Translations under genes and position numbers: made by a program | Shown here: piece after piece, positions 34,222 through 46,446 of the stretch | How the letters are laid out: each line of letters begins with the position of its first letter | Numbering within the stretch: the stretch's first letter is position 1 | Notes under the pieces: generated by a model | What the model was told of the DNA's origin: nothing | Database searches by the model: none | Seen by the model: only the letters and a program-made list of their open reading frames with translations | Assembly: GCF_023055435.1 (NCBI RefSeq) | Contig: NW_025963780.1 | Span: forward strand, 31,310,001 to 31,374,000 | DNA length: 64,000 nt | Direction: 5' to 3' | DNA from: Haliotis rufescens | Lineage: Eukaryota

Positions 34222-37200
34222 GTTGGTTGATGTTGTTATTAATCGAGTTCAATCGGAGTTCATGCCATGTCACCCCGTAGGCCTAGGCATAGTTCATGCA
34301 GAACTAACGCTCGTTTTAATTTATAGTTGTCATGTACACAGACGTACTGAACCATTCGAAAATGTGCTCATCCATTGCAAACTACACAATATAACAGAAA
34401 GGACAGAAGACGCATTCAAACAATACCTAAAGTTGGCTGAAGGAGTCGTTGTCGGCACGGGTACGCCTGAGTTTCGGTTCGCCAGATTACGAGTGCATAC
34501 AGGATGTAATGATGTGCATCGCAGCATATCAAAGTATGTCATGTAATCACTGTGTATGATGTTTTTTGTATATTGTACACTGGAATGCATCTCATACAAC
34601 AGGATGACAGTTTCGTTCTAGGAACTGAACAAAATCTGAAATGTTCCGTGTAGTATTTGTAAAGTAGACACCATTCATAACGCACCAACACCACTGCCAG
34701 TCACTGATGTTCGCAGTTTTCTGTGACCTGTGATGATCCAGGTTAGAATAGGTCTTCGGCAACCCATGTTTGTCATAAGAGGCGACTAACGGGATCGGGT
34801 GGTCAGGCTCGCTGACTTGGTTGATGCAATTTGCAAAAATCGATGCTTGTGATGTCAATCACTCGATTGTCTGGTCCAGACTTGATTATTTACAGACCGC
34901 CGTCATATAGCTGGAATATTGCTGGGTGCAGCGTTAAGCAAACAAACAAACAGTATTATGGGAAATTCATTCCAAATCTCTAAACACTGGTTCATCCGCT
35001 TCACTATCTGCAGGGTTCGAAATACCTGCCTGCCCGACCGTCTGAGACGGGTTGATTTCAACTCGGGCTGCCAGATTTTCAAATCCACCTGCCCGACGGT
35101 CAGGTTATATTTCATATGTAAAAATATTCTAAATATTTCCCGATGATAAGCATTATTTACATGATGTATTCTAGGATATTAAATACAAATCTGACCTAAA
35201 AAGTGTTTGCTATTTCTTTTCTTGCATTACTTCATGTTCAATGAATTCGATTTAAAGTTTTAATTAAATTATCCTGAGAAACATATGATTATAGTGGGCA
35301 GGCAGGTTTTGGTCAGGGCTGGCAAGTAATTCAGCTAGCCAGTCCTGTGGTCTGGCTGAAAATTTTGGGTGTTTCATACCCTGCTATCTGTTACAAGCAG
35401 ACAAGGTCTGGAAGTGGAGTGCACAGTGAGGAGACGTGTTTAAACGTGCTAAATATGAGCTTACATCAACTTATGTACTTACTCAGTGCAATGGGAAATT
35501 GCCGATTCGCTTAGCTTGTGGTGCATCATCATTTGAAATATATGACATTCAGAGAACCGAGGCTCTCTGTATTCTGATTTTGGAGATCGTGCATTTCTGT
35601 ATGTGTAGGAAACATACCTGGGGTCAATATCTGTAGTACTTGTGCCGACAACGACCCCTTCAGCCTAAGTTTGCCTGTCCAGTGTACTGTTTATATACAC
35701 TTAACCATTTGACGGTTCTAGGACTATATTACCATGATTAACACAAGGTAACATATCTTAGGCTGTCTGTATGTAAAGAGGCAGGTGTTGATTCAAGGGT
35801 GAGTGAGTTAGTTGGGTTTCACACCACTTTTAACAGTATTACAGTTATAGCGCGGCGTGTCAGCTTAATGTGGGAGGAAAGCCCGAAGTAATGCAGGCCT
35901 CAGACGTTTACCACCTTGGTGAAACCCACGAGCACGGGTATGGTGCCGACAAACCTAGAAACATAACTGGGGCAAACCGGGATTCGAACCCACAATCATA
36001 GGTTTCTGGCACGCCCAAGGGACGCAACTCTGCACAGCGAATTGCGGCGCCCTAGACGACTGGGCCACCCATGCCCCCTGTTTGATTCATGAATAAAGAT
36101 AAGCTGTGTGTAAAGTACATGTTCATGACATGCTAATTTTCAAAAAAAAAAATTAAAGAACTCATCATGGTTTTTGTGGCTTCCATTTCATTAATTTTCT
36201 AAAAGTTGCTAATAATAATAACAACAATAATAACTATAACAACAACAGCAACAATGATAACAACAACAATAATATTAATAATAATATTAATAATAATATA
36301 TACAAATTATCAAAAGAAACAACATCAACAATAATGATAATAATAATAATAATAATATATACAAATTATCAAAAGAAAAAAAATAGTCTTCAAATGAAAT
36401 GTTTTTGAATAAACTATGAAATCTTGCACAGCACATATGAAATCCTATTTGCTGGTATTGTTCCATATTTGACTCTGTAGAGCAATGTATTATGGTTGAA
36501 ACCTTTAAATGTAGAATGTAAAAGTAAAATGAAATGGTCCCAAGTGCTCCCCCCGCACCCCTTAGTGGTCCCTGCTACTTAACTGTTACCATGGTTACAG
36601 ACCAGGGGTCCGGAAACCGTCATATGCGCCGGACATGTCCGATTGGGAATCTCAAATGTCCGTTTTAAAATATTGCTTACCGGACATTTTAAAAAGTATT
36701 GTCCGGACATTCTTAAATTTTGACCGGACATGATCAACAGTTAGGACTGAGCAGTTTCTGTCTGCAGTTGCCACACAATGAAGATTAACTACACTGACAA
36801 GCTTTGTTTGTTTTGATTGCTGTAAATACATCGTACCTGCATGATAGTCCAATCGGTCAATCACTGTAATAGGCAATAAACTGAGTTGACACTGATTAAT
36901 CGAGGATTAATTACTGAGAACATCTTGTTAATTTGAGTGAAAGGTGTTTACAACTGTACATTAATACCTTGCATCATCGATGTACCTCATTATAATGCAG
37001 ACTATGCGGCCCCTGCCCCCTGGAGGTGGTTAGTGGCAGCCATTGCTCCGGTTCTCATTGCACTGTATGGGTTGAGGAAGAGGAGCCTGGATGTGGCCGG
37101 TGCTGTGGCAGGTACCGTCCCTTTCTTGGAACATACAAATGTTTAAAGACTGCAACATTAGGCTTAAAAAAATAAAAGAATTGGTTCTCAGGCAATGGCT

Positions 37201-40200
37201 TTTGAAAATATAGTGTGGGCGGTGTGGTTTTTTTTGGTTTTTTTTGTGGGGGATTGTTCAAACTAGTATGTAACCAAATAAACAGTTGTGTACAATCAAT
37301 TTGGGAAAAGGCCTCCCTTCAAGAATGTATTCGTTGATGAGGAAAATACTGGAATACAGTATTTGACTACCGTTTGACTTGGAATATTTAAGGATTTTGT
37401 TGTTTGGGTTTTTTTAACATTGAAAAACAAACGAAACGTGTGTCACACTCTATGATGATGCAGGCGGTACCTGAGAACCAAGACTATTATTTTTTTAAGC
37501 CTTAGTCTATAGAATCATTTTAAAGAAATTAATACGAGGGGGGCTGAAAAGTTTTGCGCCTAACTGGGAAGACATTCCAGCATCTGTGGCAAAAGTGTGT
37601 GGACCTTGGAGGGGATTATGTTGAAAAATATTCAGCAACCAACGCCATCAAAGCTGTCCATCATAGTTTGACTCAGAACTTTTCAGCCACCCCTCAACGT
37701 TTTCCATGTTTGATGACCTGTTACCCTGGTAACCTCTGTAATTCCAGGGTTGTTAGTTGGATTCATCCTGACACTCAGCAGTCTGTGTTTCTTCTCTGCC
37801 CTGCTGGTTTTCTTCCTGGCAGGGTCAAAGGTTACCAAACTCAGAGCTCACCAGAAAAAGAAATTTGAGGAAGATTACAAGGAAGGTATGACATGTATGA
37901 GACATTGAGTCAAGTGTACTGTGTTGAGACATTGAGACAAGTGTCCTGTGTTGAGACACTGAGACAAGTGTCCTGTGTTGACACAGGTGTCCTGTCTTGA
38001 GTCATTGAGACAAGTGTCCTGTGTTGAGACATTGAGACAAGTGTGCTGTGTTGAGACATTGAGACAAGTGTCCTGTGTTAGGGCAAGTGTCCAGTGTTGA
38101 GTCATTGAGACAAGTGTGCTGTGTTGAGACATTGAGACAAGTGTCCTGTGTTGAGACATTGAGACAAGTGTCCTGTGTTGAGACATTGAGACAAGTGTCC
38201 TGTGTTGAGGCAAGTGTCCTGTGTTGAGACATTAAGACAAGTGTCCCGTGTTGAGTCATTGAGACAAGTGTCCTGTGTTGAGACATTGAGACAAGTGTCC
38301 TGTATTGAGACATTGAGACAAGTGTTCCGTGTTGAGACATTGAGACAAGTGTCCTGTATTGAGACATTGAGACCAGTGTCCTGTGTTGAGTCATTGAGAC
38401 AAGTGTCCTGTATTGAGACATTGAGAAAAGTGTCCTGTGTTGACACAAGTGTCCTGTCTTGAGACATTGAGGCAAGTGTCCTGTGTTGAGACATTAAGAC
38501 AAGTGTCCCGTGTTGAGTCATTGAGACAAGTGTCCTGTGTTGAGACATTGAGAAAAGTGTCCTGTGTTGACACAAGTGTCCTATCTTGAGTCATTGAGAC
38601 AAGTGTCCTGTATTGAGACATTGAGACAAGTGTCCTATCTTGAGTCATTGAGACAAGTGTCCTGTGTTGAGTCATTGACACAAATGTCCTGTCTTGAGTC
38701 ATTGAAACAAGTGTCCTGTATCGAGACATTGAGACAAGTGTCCTATATTGAGACATTGAGACAAGTGTTCCGTGTTGAGACATTGAGACAAGTGTCCTGT
38801 GTTGAGTCATTGAGACAAGTGTCCTGTATTGAGACATTGAGACAAGTGTCCTGTATTGAGACATTGAGACAAGTGTCCCGTGTTGAGACATTGAGACAAG
38901 TGTCCTGTATTGAGACATTGAGACCAGTGTCCTGTGTTGAGTCATTGAGACAAGTGTCCTGTATTGAGACATTGAGAAAAGTGTCCTGTCTTGAGACATT
39001 GAGGCAAGTGTCCTGTGTTGAGACATTAAGACAAGTGTCCCGTGTTGAGTCATTGAGACAAGTTTCCTGTGTTGAGACATTGAGGAAAGTGTCCTGTGTT
39101 GACACAAGTGTCCTATCTTGAGTCATTGAGACAAGTGTCCTGTATTGAGACATTGAGACAAGTGTCCTATCTTGAGTCATTGAGACAAGTGTCCTGTGTT
39201 GAGTCATTGACACAAATGTCCTGTCTTGAGTCATTGAGACAAGTGTCCTGTATTGAGACATTGAGACAAGTGTCCTGTATTGAGACATTGAGACAAGTGT
39301 TCCGTGTTGAGACATTGAGACAAGTGTCCTGTGTTGAGTCATTGAGACAAGTGTCCTGTATTGAGACATTGAGATAAGTGTTCTGTGTTGAGACATTGAG
39401 ACAAGTGTCCTGTGTTGAGACATTGAGACAAGTGTCCTGTGTTGAGACATTGAGACAAGTGTCCTGTGTTAGGGCAAGTGTCCAGTGTTGAGACATTGAG
39501 GCAAGTGTCCTGTGTTGAGACATTAAGACAAGTGTCCCTTGTTGAGTCATTGAGACAAGTGTCCTGTGTTGAGACATTGAGACAAGTGTCCTGTGTTGAG
39601 ACATTGAGAAAACTGTCCTGTGTTGACACAAGTGTCCTGTGTTGAGACATTGAGACAAGTGTCCTGTATCGAGACATCGAGACAAGTGTCCTGTGTTGAG
39701 ACATTGAGACAAGTGTCCTGTGTTGAGACATTGAGAAAAATGTCCTGTGTTGACACAAGTGTCCTGTGTTGAGTCATTGAGACAAGTGTCCTGTATTGAG
39801 ACATTGAGACAAGTGTCCTGTGTTGACACAAGTGTCCTGTCTTGAGTCATTGAGACAAGTGTCCTGTGTTGAGTCATTGACACAAATGTCCTATCTTGAG
39901 TCATTGAGACAAGTGTCCTGTATTGAGACATTGAGACAAGTGTTCCGTGTTGAGACATTGAGACAAGTGTCCTGTGTTGAGTCATTGAGACAAGTGTCCT
40001 GTATTGAGACATTGAGACAAGTGTCCTGTATTGAGACATTGAGACAAGTGTCCTGTGTTGAGACATTGAGACAAGTGTCCTGTGTTGAGTCATTGAGACA
40101 AGTGTCCTGTGTTGAGTCATTGAGACAAGTGTCCTGTATTGAGACATTGAGACAAGTGTCCTGTGTTGAGTCATTGAGATAAGTGTCCTGTGTTGAGATA

Positions 40201-43200
40201 AGTGTCCTGTGTTGAGATAAGTGTCCTGTGTTGAGTCATTGAGATAAGTGTCCTGTCTTGAGACATATGTTCTGTGTTGAGATAAGTGTCCTGTATTGAG
40301 ATAAGTGTCCTGTCTTGAGACATATGTTCTGTGTTGAGATAAGTGTCCTGTGTTGAGATAAGTGTCCTGTCTTGAGATAAGTGTCCTGTCTTGAGACATA
40401 TGTTCTGTGTTGAGATAAGTGTCCTGTGTTGAGATAAGTGTCCTGTGTTGAGATAAGTGTCCTGTGTTGAGATAAGTGTCCTGTCTTGAGACATATGTTC
40501 TGTGTTGAGATAAGTGTCCTGTGTTGAGATAAGTGTCCTGTATTGAGACATATGTTCTGTGTTGAGATAAGTGTCCTGTCTTGAGACATATGTTCTGTGT
40601 TGAGATAAGTGTCCTGTGTTGAGATAAGTGTCCTGTGTTGAGACATGTGTCATGTGTTACAGGTGGTCAGCGGAACTGGCTGCAGGTGATGTGTAACGGT
40701 GGTGTAGCCTCACTGTTTGCTATCCTGTACCTGCTCGAGGTTGGCTGTGCGGAGAAGACATTTGACTTCTCCAGAAGATACTCCTCAACGTGGTGGGCTG
40801 CCAGTGTACTAGGATCACTGGCTTGTTGTTGTGGGGACACATTTGCTTCTGAAGTCGGAACAGTGTTTGGTCATTCAAAACCATGGCTTGTGACCAACTT
40901 CCAGAGGGTGCCAAGAGGTAAGTGGTAAGGACATATGGTTTCCATGGTTACAGGAGGCTTTAGAAGGCATGTGTCCATTGTGATTTCAGATTTTCAGTCT
41001 TGCAGAGTGTTTCAAAATTAAGCTGCTTTTTGATAGTTTGGGTACTGTACATTCAAATTAATGCGAGTACTGACCACTAACTTCAAATTTCATAATGAAT
41101 CATCAGCTAGTTTAAGATCTAATCAGCGAAGGACAACTTTAAGACTGTAGACTTAGAATTCCATGATAACGTAAAGGGTCATAGCAATTCGATTGAATAA
41201 TACTGTAACCGTGAAGATCCATGCTTGCCGTAAGAGGTGACTATGCATGTCGTAAGAGGCAACTAACGGGATCAGGTTGTCAGTCTTGTGGTTTATGCAT
41301 GACATCCTATCCCTACTGCGTGGATTGATGCTCATGATATCAATCACTAGATTGTCTGGTCCAGACTTGATTATGTACAGACCCCAATCTTGTAGCTGGA
41401 ATATTGTCGAGTATGATGTTAAACAACAAACAAACAAACAAACAAACAAACAAACAAAGAATAATACTGAATGCCTTTTGCCACTGAAGTGATGTCTCCA
41501 AGTGTGATCTAACTTGAAGGACATCAAGAATAGGAAATTCAATGTAAGCTGTTTATGCAAATGAGATAAGTCAGGTCAACCAACAGATGATTGTGCATGG
41601 GTCCAAGTTTTGTCACGTACATGAGCATGTTGATCGATTCATCATGACAACTGTACATTACATTTCACCATGCGGGTGAGCAGTGTTTTCCTTGTAATTT
41701 GAGATTATCTGATATGGTTTCCAAGGACAAAGATACTGTCCTATTAGTAGAAAACCAACCTGTAGGTCCCATGACCAAATCATTGAAACAAAGGTTTGAA
41801 AGTGTTTTTGAGTTTCCTGATGTATACTGAACAATTTTGACTTGGGCTGCCTGGTTGAAAATCCCGGGCATTTTGGGGAAGGGTCAACAAAGGTCAAACA
41901 GGGGTCAAAATTCAAAATTGTGTCGATATGCATATCAAATGACTCGTCCAGTCATAAGGAACAACTGCCTATATACATGTGTTAAACTGACATAACTGCC
42001 CCATCAACTTGTTTTAAACTGACACAACTGCCTATGAACTTGTGTTAAACTGACATAACTGCCTCATGAACTTGTGTTAAGCTGACATAACTGCCTCATC
42101 AAATTGTGTTAAACTGACATAACTGCCTCATTAACTTGTGTTGAACTGACATAACGTCCTCATCAACTTGTGTTAAACTGACACAACTGCCTATGAACTT
42201 GTGTTAAACTGACATAACTGCCTCATCACCTTGTGTTAAACTGACATAACGTCCTCATCAACTTGTGTTAAACTGACATAACTGCCTCATGAACTTGTGT
42301 TAAACTGACACAACTGCCTATGAACTTGTGTTAAACTGTCATAACTGCCTCATCAACGTGTGTTAAACTGACACAACTGCCTATGAACTTGTGTTAAACT
42401 GACATAACTGCCTCATCAACATGTGTTAAACTGACATAACTGCCCCATCAACTTGTGTTAAACTGACACAACTGCCTATGAACTTGTGTTAAACTGTCAT
42501 AACTGCCCCATCAACTTGTGTTAATCTGACACAACTGCCAATGAACTTGTGTTAAACTGTCATAACTGCCTCATGAACTTGTGTTAAGCTGACATAACTG
42601 CCTCATCAAATTGTGTTCAACTGACATAACTGCCTCATTAACTTGTGTTGAACTGACATAACGTCCTCATCAACTTGTGTTAACCTGACATAACTGCCTC
42701 ATCAACATGTGTTAAACTGACATAACTGCCTCATCAAATTGTGTTAATCTGACACAACTGCCAATGAACTTGTGTTAAACTGTCATAACTGCCTCATGAA
42801 CTTGTGTTAAGCTGACATAACTGCCTCATCAAATTGTGTTCAACTGACATAACTGCCTCATTAACTTGTGTAGAACTGACATAACGTCCTCATCAACTTG
42901 TGTTAACCTGACATAACTGCCTCATCAACTTGTGTTGAACTGACATAACTGCCCCATGAACTTGTGTTAAACTGACATAACTGCTGCATGAACATGTGTT
43001 GAACTGACACCTGACACAATGCTCGGTGAGAAGCACTCAGTCCAGAACTCAACTGCTTTGTTTATTTGGATACTTGTTGTTTATGTAATTATGTCCGGCA
43101 TGTCTACTGTCCCTAACGTGACAATAAACAGCAATATGTCCGGATAATCATGATAATAATGCTCTATTTTTTTAATGAAAGCAGTAATTTGATGTTACTT

Positions 43201-44967
43201 CTTTGAGAGACATTTAGAAGTTTCAATACTAGGTAAGGTTAAGACATATGGATGAACAACTTCTTTATTACAATGAAGAGTGATGTTCAGTGTTGGTTCC
43301 AACAAGTATACCTGATCTATAACAGTGTTATAACCTACACTGAAACATCGCTCCTAATTGTAATAAGTATACCTGATCTATAACAGTGTTAGAACCTACA
43401 CTGAAAAATCGCTCCTAATTGTAATAAGGAAGTTGTTCATCCATATATCTTTTCCTTAATTAATTTCATGATTTACACTATCAGTCCTTGTGATGTTTTG
43501 TTATTTTGATTTGTGTTGAAGGCACTAATGGCGGTGTGACATTTACTGGAACCCTGAGCAGCATTTTCGGAGGGTTTATTGTTGGAGTAGCCTACTATGT
43601 GGCCTTGCTGCTGTGTACTACAGAGCTGTCCTTGAGTGACAGTCCCCCCCAGTGGCCCATCCTCCTCCTCGCCACATCTGCAGGCTTCGTGGGGTCCATC
43701 ATAGACTCCTACCTGGGTGCTCTGCTTCAGTTCTCAGGTAAAATATCAATACCTGGGGTCCGGGGATGATGGGAGGGATGTTGGGAGAAGAAAAATATCA
43801 TCAGGAATTATGAAGTGCCTAACATGAATCAGTCCTTATGCAAAACATGTACAGATGTATCACCACTCTATGCCCATAATCAGACTATGTTTCAGGGACC
43901 CTGTTTCAGGGACCCTGTTTTAGTGACCCTGTTTCAGGGACCCTGTTTCAGGGATCATGTTTCCGGGGCCATGTTTCAGGTACCCTGTTTTAGGGACACT
44001 GTTTCAGGGACCATGTGTCAGGGACCTTGTTTCAGGAACCGTGTTTCAGGGATCATGTTTCAGGGATCGTGTTTCAGGGACCGTGTTTCAGGGACCGTAT
44101 TTCAGGGATCGTGTTTCAGGGACCGTGTTTCAGGGACTATGTGTTTTCCCCCAGTTGACCTTTCTTTGTTCATAATCCCGGGTTCTATGCCAGTGGTATA
44201 GGCAACTAAGTGGATCGGGTGATCAGACTCAGTGATGGCATGGATGATTGCTCATAATGTCAATCACTGGATTGTAATAAACTTTAACAAAGAAAACCAC
44301 AAGAACAAATTTAAAACAGTTTTAAATGAAGAGATGGTGACTGAATGTAACAGTTAGTTGGCGCATCCTCAGCCACCACGTTCCCTTAATCTGCCATGCT
44401 TACTGGTGGCGCTATGCTACTTCTGCAATTATGGGAAGTAACTCTTTTGGTTTCTGTTCTATTTATAGAGTATCGCAATGTCACAAACTGAAGAATCAAG
44501 TATCATGTGTACCTAAGTATCGATGATATTGTAGGAATCGGTGAATTGTTTCAGACCTACAGGATTGTCTGGTCCAGATTTGATTGTTTACAGGCCACGG
44601 TCATATGTGTGGATTATTGCTGAATGCAGCGTTAAAAAACAAACAAACAAATACAATCGCATGAAAAATCCCAGAAAATGTGATGAATTCTAAATATTGT
44701 ATGATTGATCAGGCTATACACGTTTCCTGATTATACACATGCCGTGTAACATATATACATGTAGAAGTAAACAGAGCTGTATTGTACTCTTACTCCCCAG
44801 GGTACGACCGGCGGCGTGCTTGTATCGTGGAACACCCGGGGCCCCATGTGGAACACATTAGCGGCTACGCAGTCCTTGACAACCATGGTGTCAACCTCCT
44901 TTCTTCACTCCTCACGGGAATTATCTCCCCTTACATTGCCTGGCAACTGTGGCTGCATGTCACATGA
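34134..44967 (+). CDS. TMEM19: Transmembrane protein 19 (DUF92 family), 6 coding exons, 324 aa
   Basis: Exons 34134-34221, 37001-37111, 37748-37885, 40663-40917, 43522-43737, 44801-44967. All introns are phase 1 GT-AG, total 975 nt. Motifs PWRWL, YKEGGQRNWLQVMCNG, GDTFASEVG, VPRGTNGGVT, GSIIDSYLGA, LDNHGVNLLSS match TMEM19. Confidence 0.95.
34727..34951 (+). mobile_element. SINE family 3
   Basis: ttgtcataagaggcgactaacgggatcggg...ctggaatattgctg...caaacaaac. Confidence 0.8.
35011..35383. mobile_element. hAT-like MITE
   Basis: CAGGG...CCCTG termini; ctatctg duplicated at the flanks. Confidence 0.6.
35798..36078 (-). mobile_element. SINE family 2
   Basis: Full-length; flanked by ttgattca. Confidence 0.86.
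36210..36360. repeat. (AAT/AAC)n low-complexity microsatellite
   Basis: Direct reading. Confidence 0.85.
37001..37111 (+). CDS. TMEM19: TMEM19 exon 2
   Basis: cag|..YAAPAPWRWLVAAIAPVLIALYGLRKRSLDVAGAVA|gtacc. Confidence 0.92.
37748..37885 (+). CDS. TMEM19: TMEM19 exon 3
   Basis: cag|GLLVGFILTLSSLCFFSALLVFFLAGSKVTKLRAHQKKKFEEDYKE|gtatg. Confidence 0.92.
37893..40650. repeat. 27-bp/19-bp minisatellite filling TMEM19 intron 3
   Basis: gagacattgagacaagtgtcctgtgtt, switching to gagataagtgtcctgtgtt near 40180. Confidence 0.95.
40663..40917 (+). CDS. TMEM19: TMEM19 exon 4
   Basis: cag|GGQRNWLQVMCNGG...GDTFASEVG...FQRVPR|gtaagt. Confidence 0.94.
41208..41457 (+). mobile_element. SINE family 3
   Basis: Same family; long (AAAC)n tail. 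Confidence 0.78.
41975..43010. repeat. 31/32-bp minisatellite
   Basis: aacttgtgttaaactgacataactgcctcatc. Confidence 0.93.
43234..43458. mobile_element. Fold-back/MITE-like palindrome with an internal about 60-bp direct duplication
   Basis: atatggatgaacaacttctttattacaat / attgtaataaggaagttgttcatccatat. Confidence 0.6.
43522..43737 (+). CDS. TMEM19: TMEM19 exon 5
   Basis: aag|GTNGGVTFTG...PQWP...GSIIDSYLGALLQFS|gtaaa. Confidence 0.93.
43886..44145. repeat. 14-bp minisatellite
   Basis: gtgtttcagggacc. Confidence 0.9.
44801..44967 (+). CDS. TMEM19: TMEM19 exon 6 (terminal)
   Basis: cag|GYDRRRACIVEHPG...LDNHGVNLLSS...WLHVT*. Confidence 0.92.
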
Positions 44968-45091
44968 CGTGATATATCATCACCAAACAGAAATCATTGA
45001 AACAAAAGTGATGAGGATCTCCCTGAATATGTGACCTAAGATTGACCTTGAAAGTCACATGATCACAATATACGTCTTGGTACATCTAATT

Positions 45092-45618
45092 CATCTTCCC
45101 GAAGCAAGGGAGTTAACTGACTATAAAAGTTCAGTTTCCACCCTTGCCGGACTAGGCTGGAATTTCTGGGCTCGCTAGTACCACCACCACCAGTGGCTAG
45201 TATGAGTGATGTCCCTTCTGTGTCCCTCCTATTGACCAATCAGATTCCACCTCTCATATCACTTGCATTTGCTTCAAGCAAAATGATCTGACAGATAATT
45301 AAGATCTTTATTGTAATAAAATGAGTCCTACCTCGCGAAGTGCATCAGATCACTTCAGCACCTTGATTAAAAACATAAAATGATCAGGAAAATATCTGTT
45401 GACGCAGAGTTGGCCATACAGATGCTTTGCAAATACAGCATCCACCGAAACCTGCCCCACAGTTACGAACCAGATGTTGATTTTGTTAAGCGATTTTGAT
45501 TGGTCTATGCATAGACTCGTAATTCCAGCCAAAATATAACTCCATACATCCAGCCTAGTACGGCAAGGGTGGAAACTGGACTTTCATAGTCAGTTAACTT
45601 CCTTGCCTGGGGAAGATG
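45092..45618. mobile_element. Mutator-like MITE, copy 2
   Basis: Same family as 22561-23095; flanks catctaatt / tacctaatt (7/9 match). Confidence 0.82.
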
Positions 45619-45964
45619 TACCTAATTGTGCTCAGAAGGTTTACAAAAGGATTTTAGACGTGTTCATTTCATAAATCATGTCATTGATTTGATTTTATGA
45701 AAAAGAGTTTTAGGTGTCTTATCTTTGATCTACTATTTACACAGAACAAGTATATGGTTCGACTTGTGCAATTCTGTTTAATTTGTTCTATCATGCCATG
45801 CACTTATAAACACTACTGCACGCCTCATTCACCTTATCTACAGCCTTAGAAATTCATCTTGTTTTCATGTTCCAGATGACTATGTAAGCCTTATTTCACT
45901 AGTCCTCTGTGTTTGTAGCTGGTCCTGCTTGAATCAGGCACAAAACTTGTATTCATTTCCAGAT

Positions 45965-46154
45965 GGGGGGCGGGGTGGTCGGGTAGCCTAGTGGTTAAAG
46001 CGTTCGCTCCTCACGCCGAAGACCCGGGTTCGATTCCCGACATGGGTACAATGTGTGAAGCCCATTTCTGGTGTCCCCTGCCATGATATTGCTGGAATAT
46101 TGCTGGAATATTGCTATTCCACTCACTCACTCACTCACTCACTCACTCACTCAC
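45965..46154 (+). mobile_element. SINE family 1
   Basis: tRNA-like head, (ACTC)n tail, flanked by tccagat. Confidence 0.88.
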
Positions 46155-46163
46155 TCCAGATAT

Positions 46164-46446
46164 GGGGGGGGCCATGTGTGGCCCAGTCGTCTAAGGCACC
46201 ACAATTCGCTGTGCAGAGTTGCATCCCTTGGGCATGCCAAAAACCTATGATTGTAGGGTCGAATCCCGGTTCACCCCAATTATATTTCTAGGTTTGTCAG
46301 CACCATACCGGTCCTTGTAGGTGTCACCGAAGTGGTAAATGTCTGTCACCTGAATCACTTCGGGCTTTCCTCCCACATTAAGCTGACACCCTGCGATATA
46401 ACTGGAATACTGTTAAAAGCAGCGTTAAACCCAACTCATTCACTCA
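46164..46446 (+). mobile_element. SINE family 2
   Basis: Directly follows the family-1 copy; ends at ttccagatg. Confidence 0.86.

Noticed and set aside
37875-40653. Long repetitive ORFs (up to 410 aa) on both strands
   Set aside because: They are translations of the 27/19-bp minisatellite inside TMEM19 intron 3.
45975-46050. tRNA genes at SINE heads
   Set aside because: A/B boxes are present, but there is no proper acceptor stem and each is followed by a SINE body, tail and TSD.
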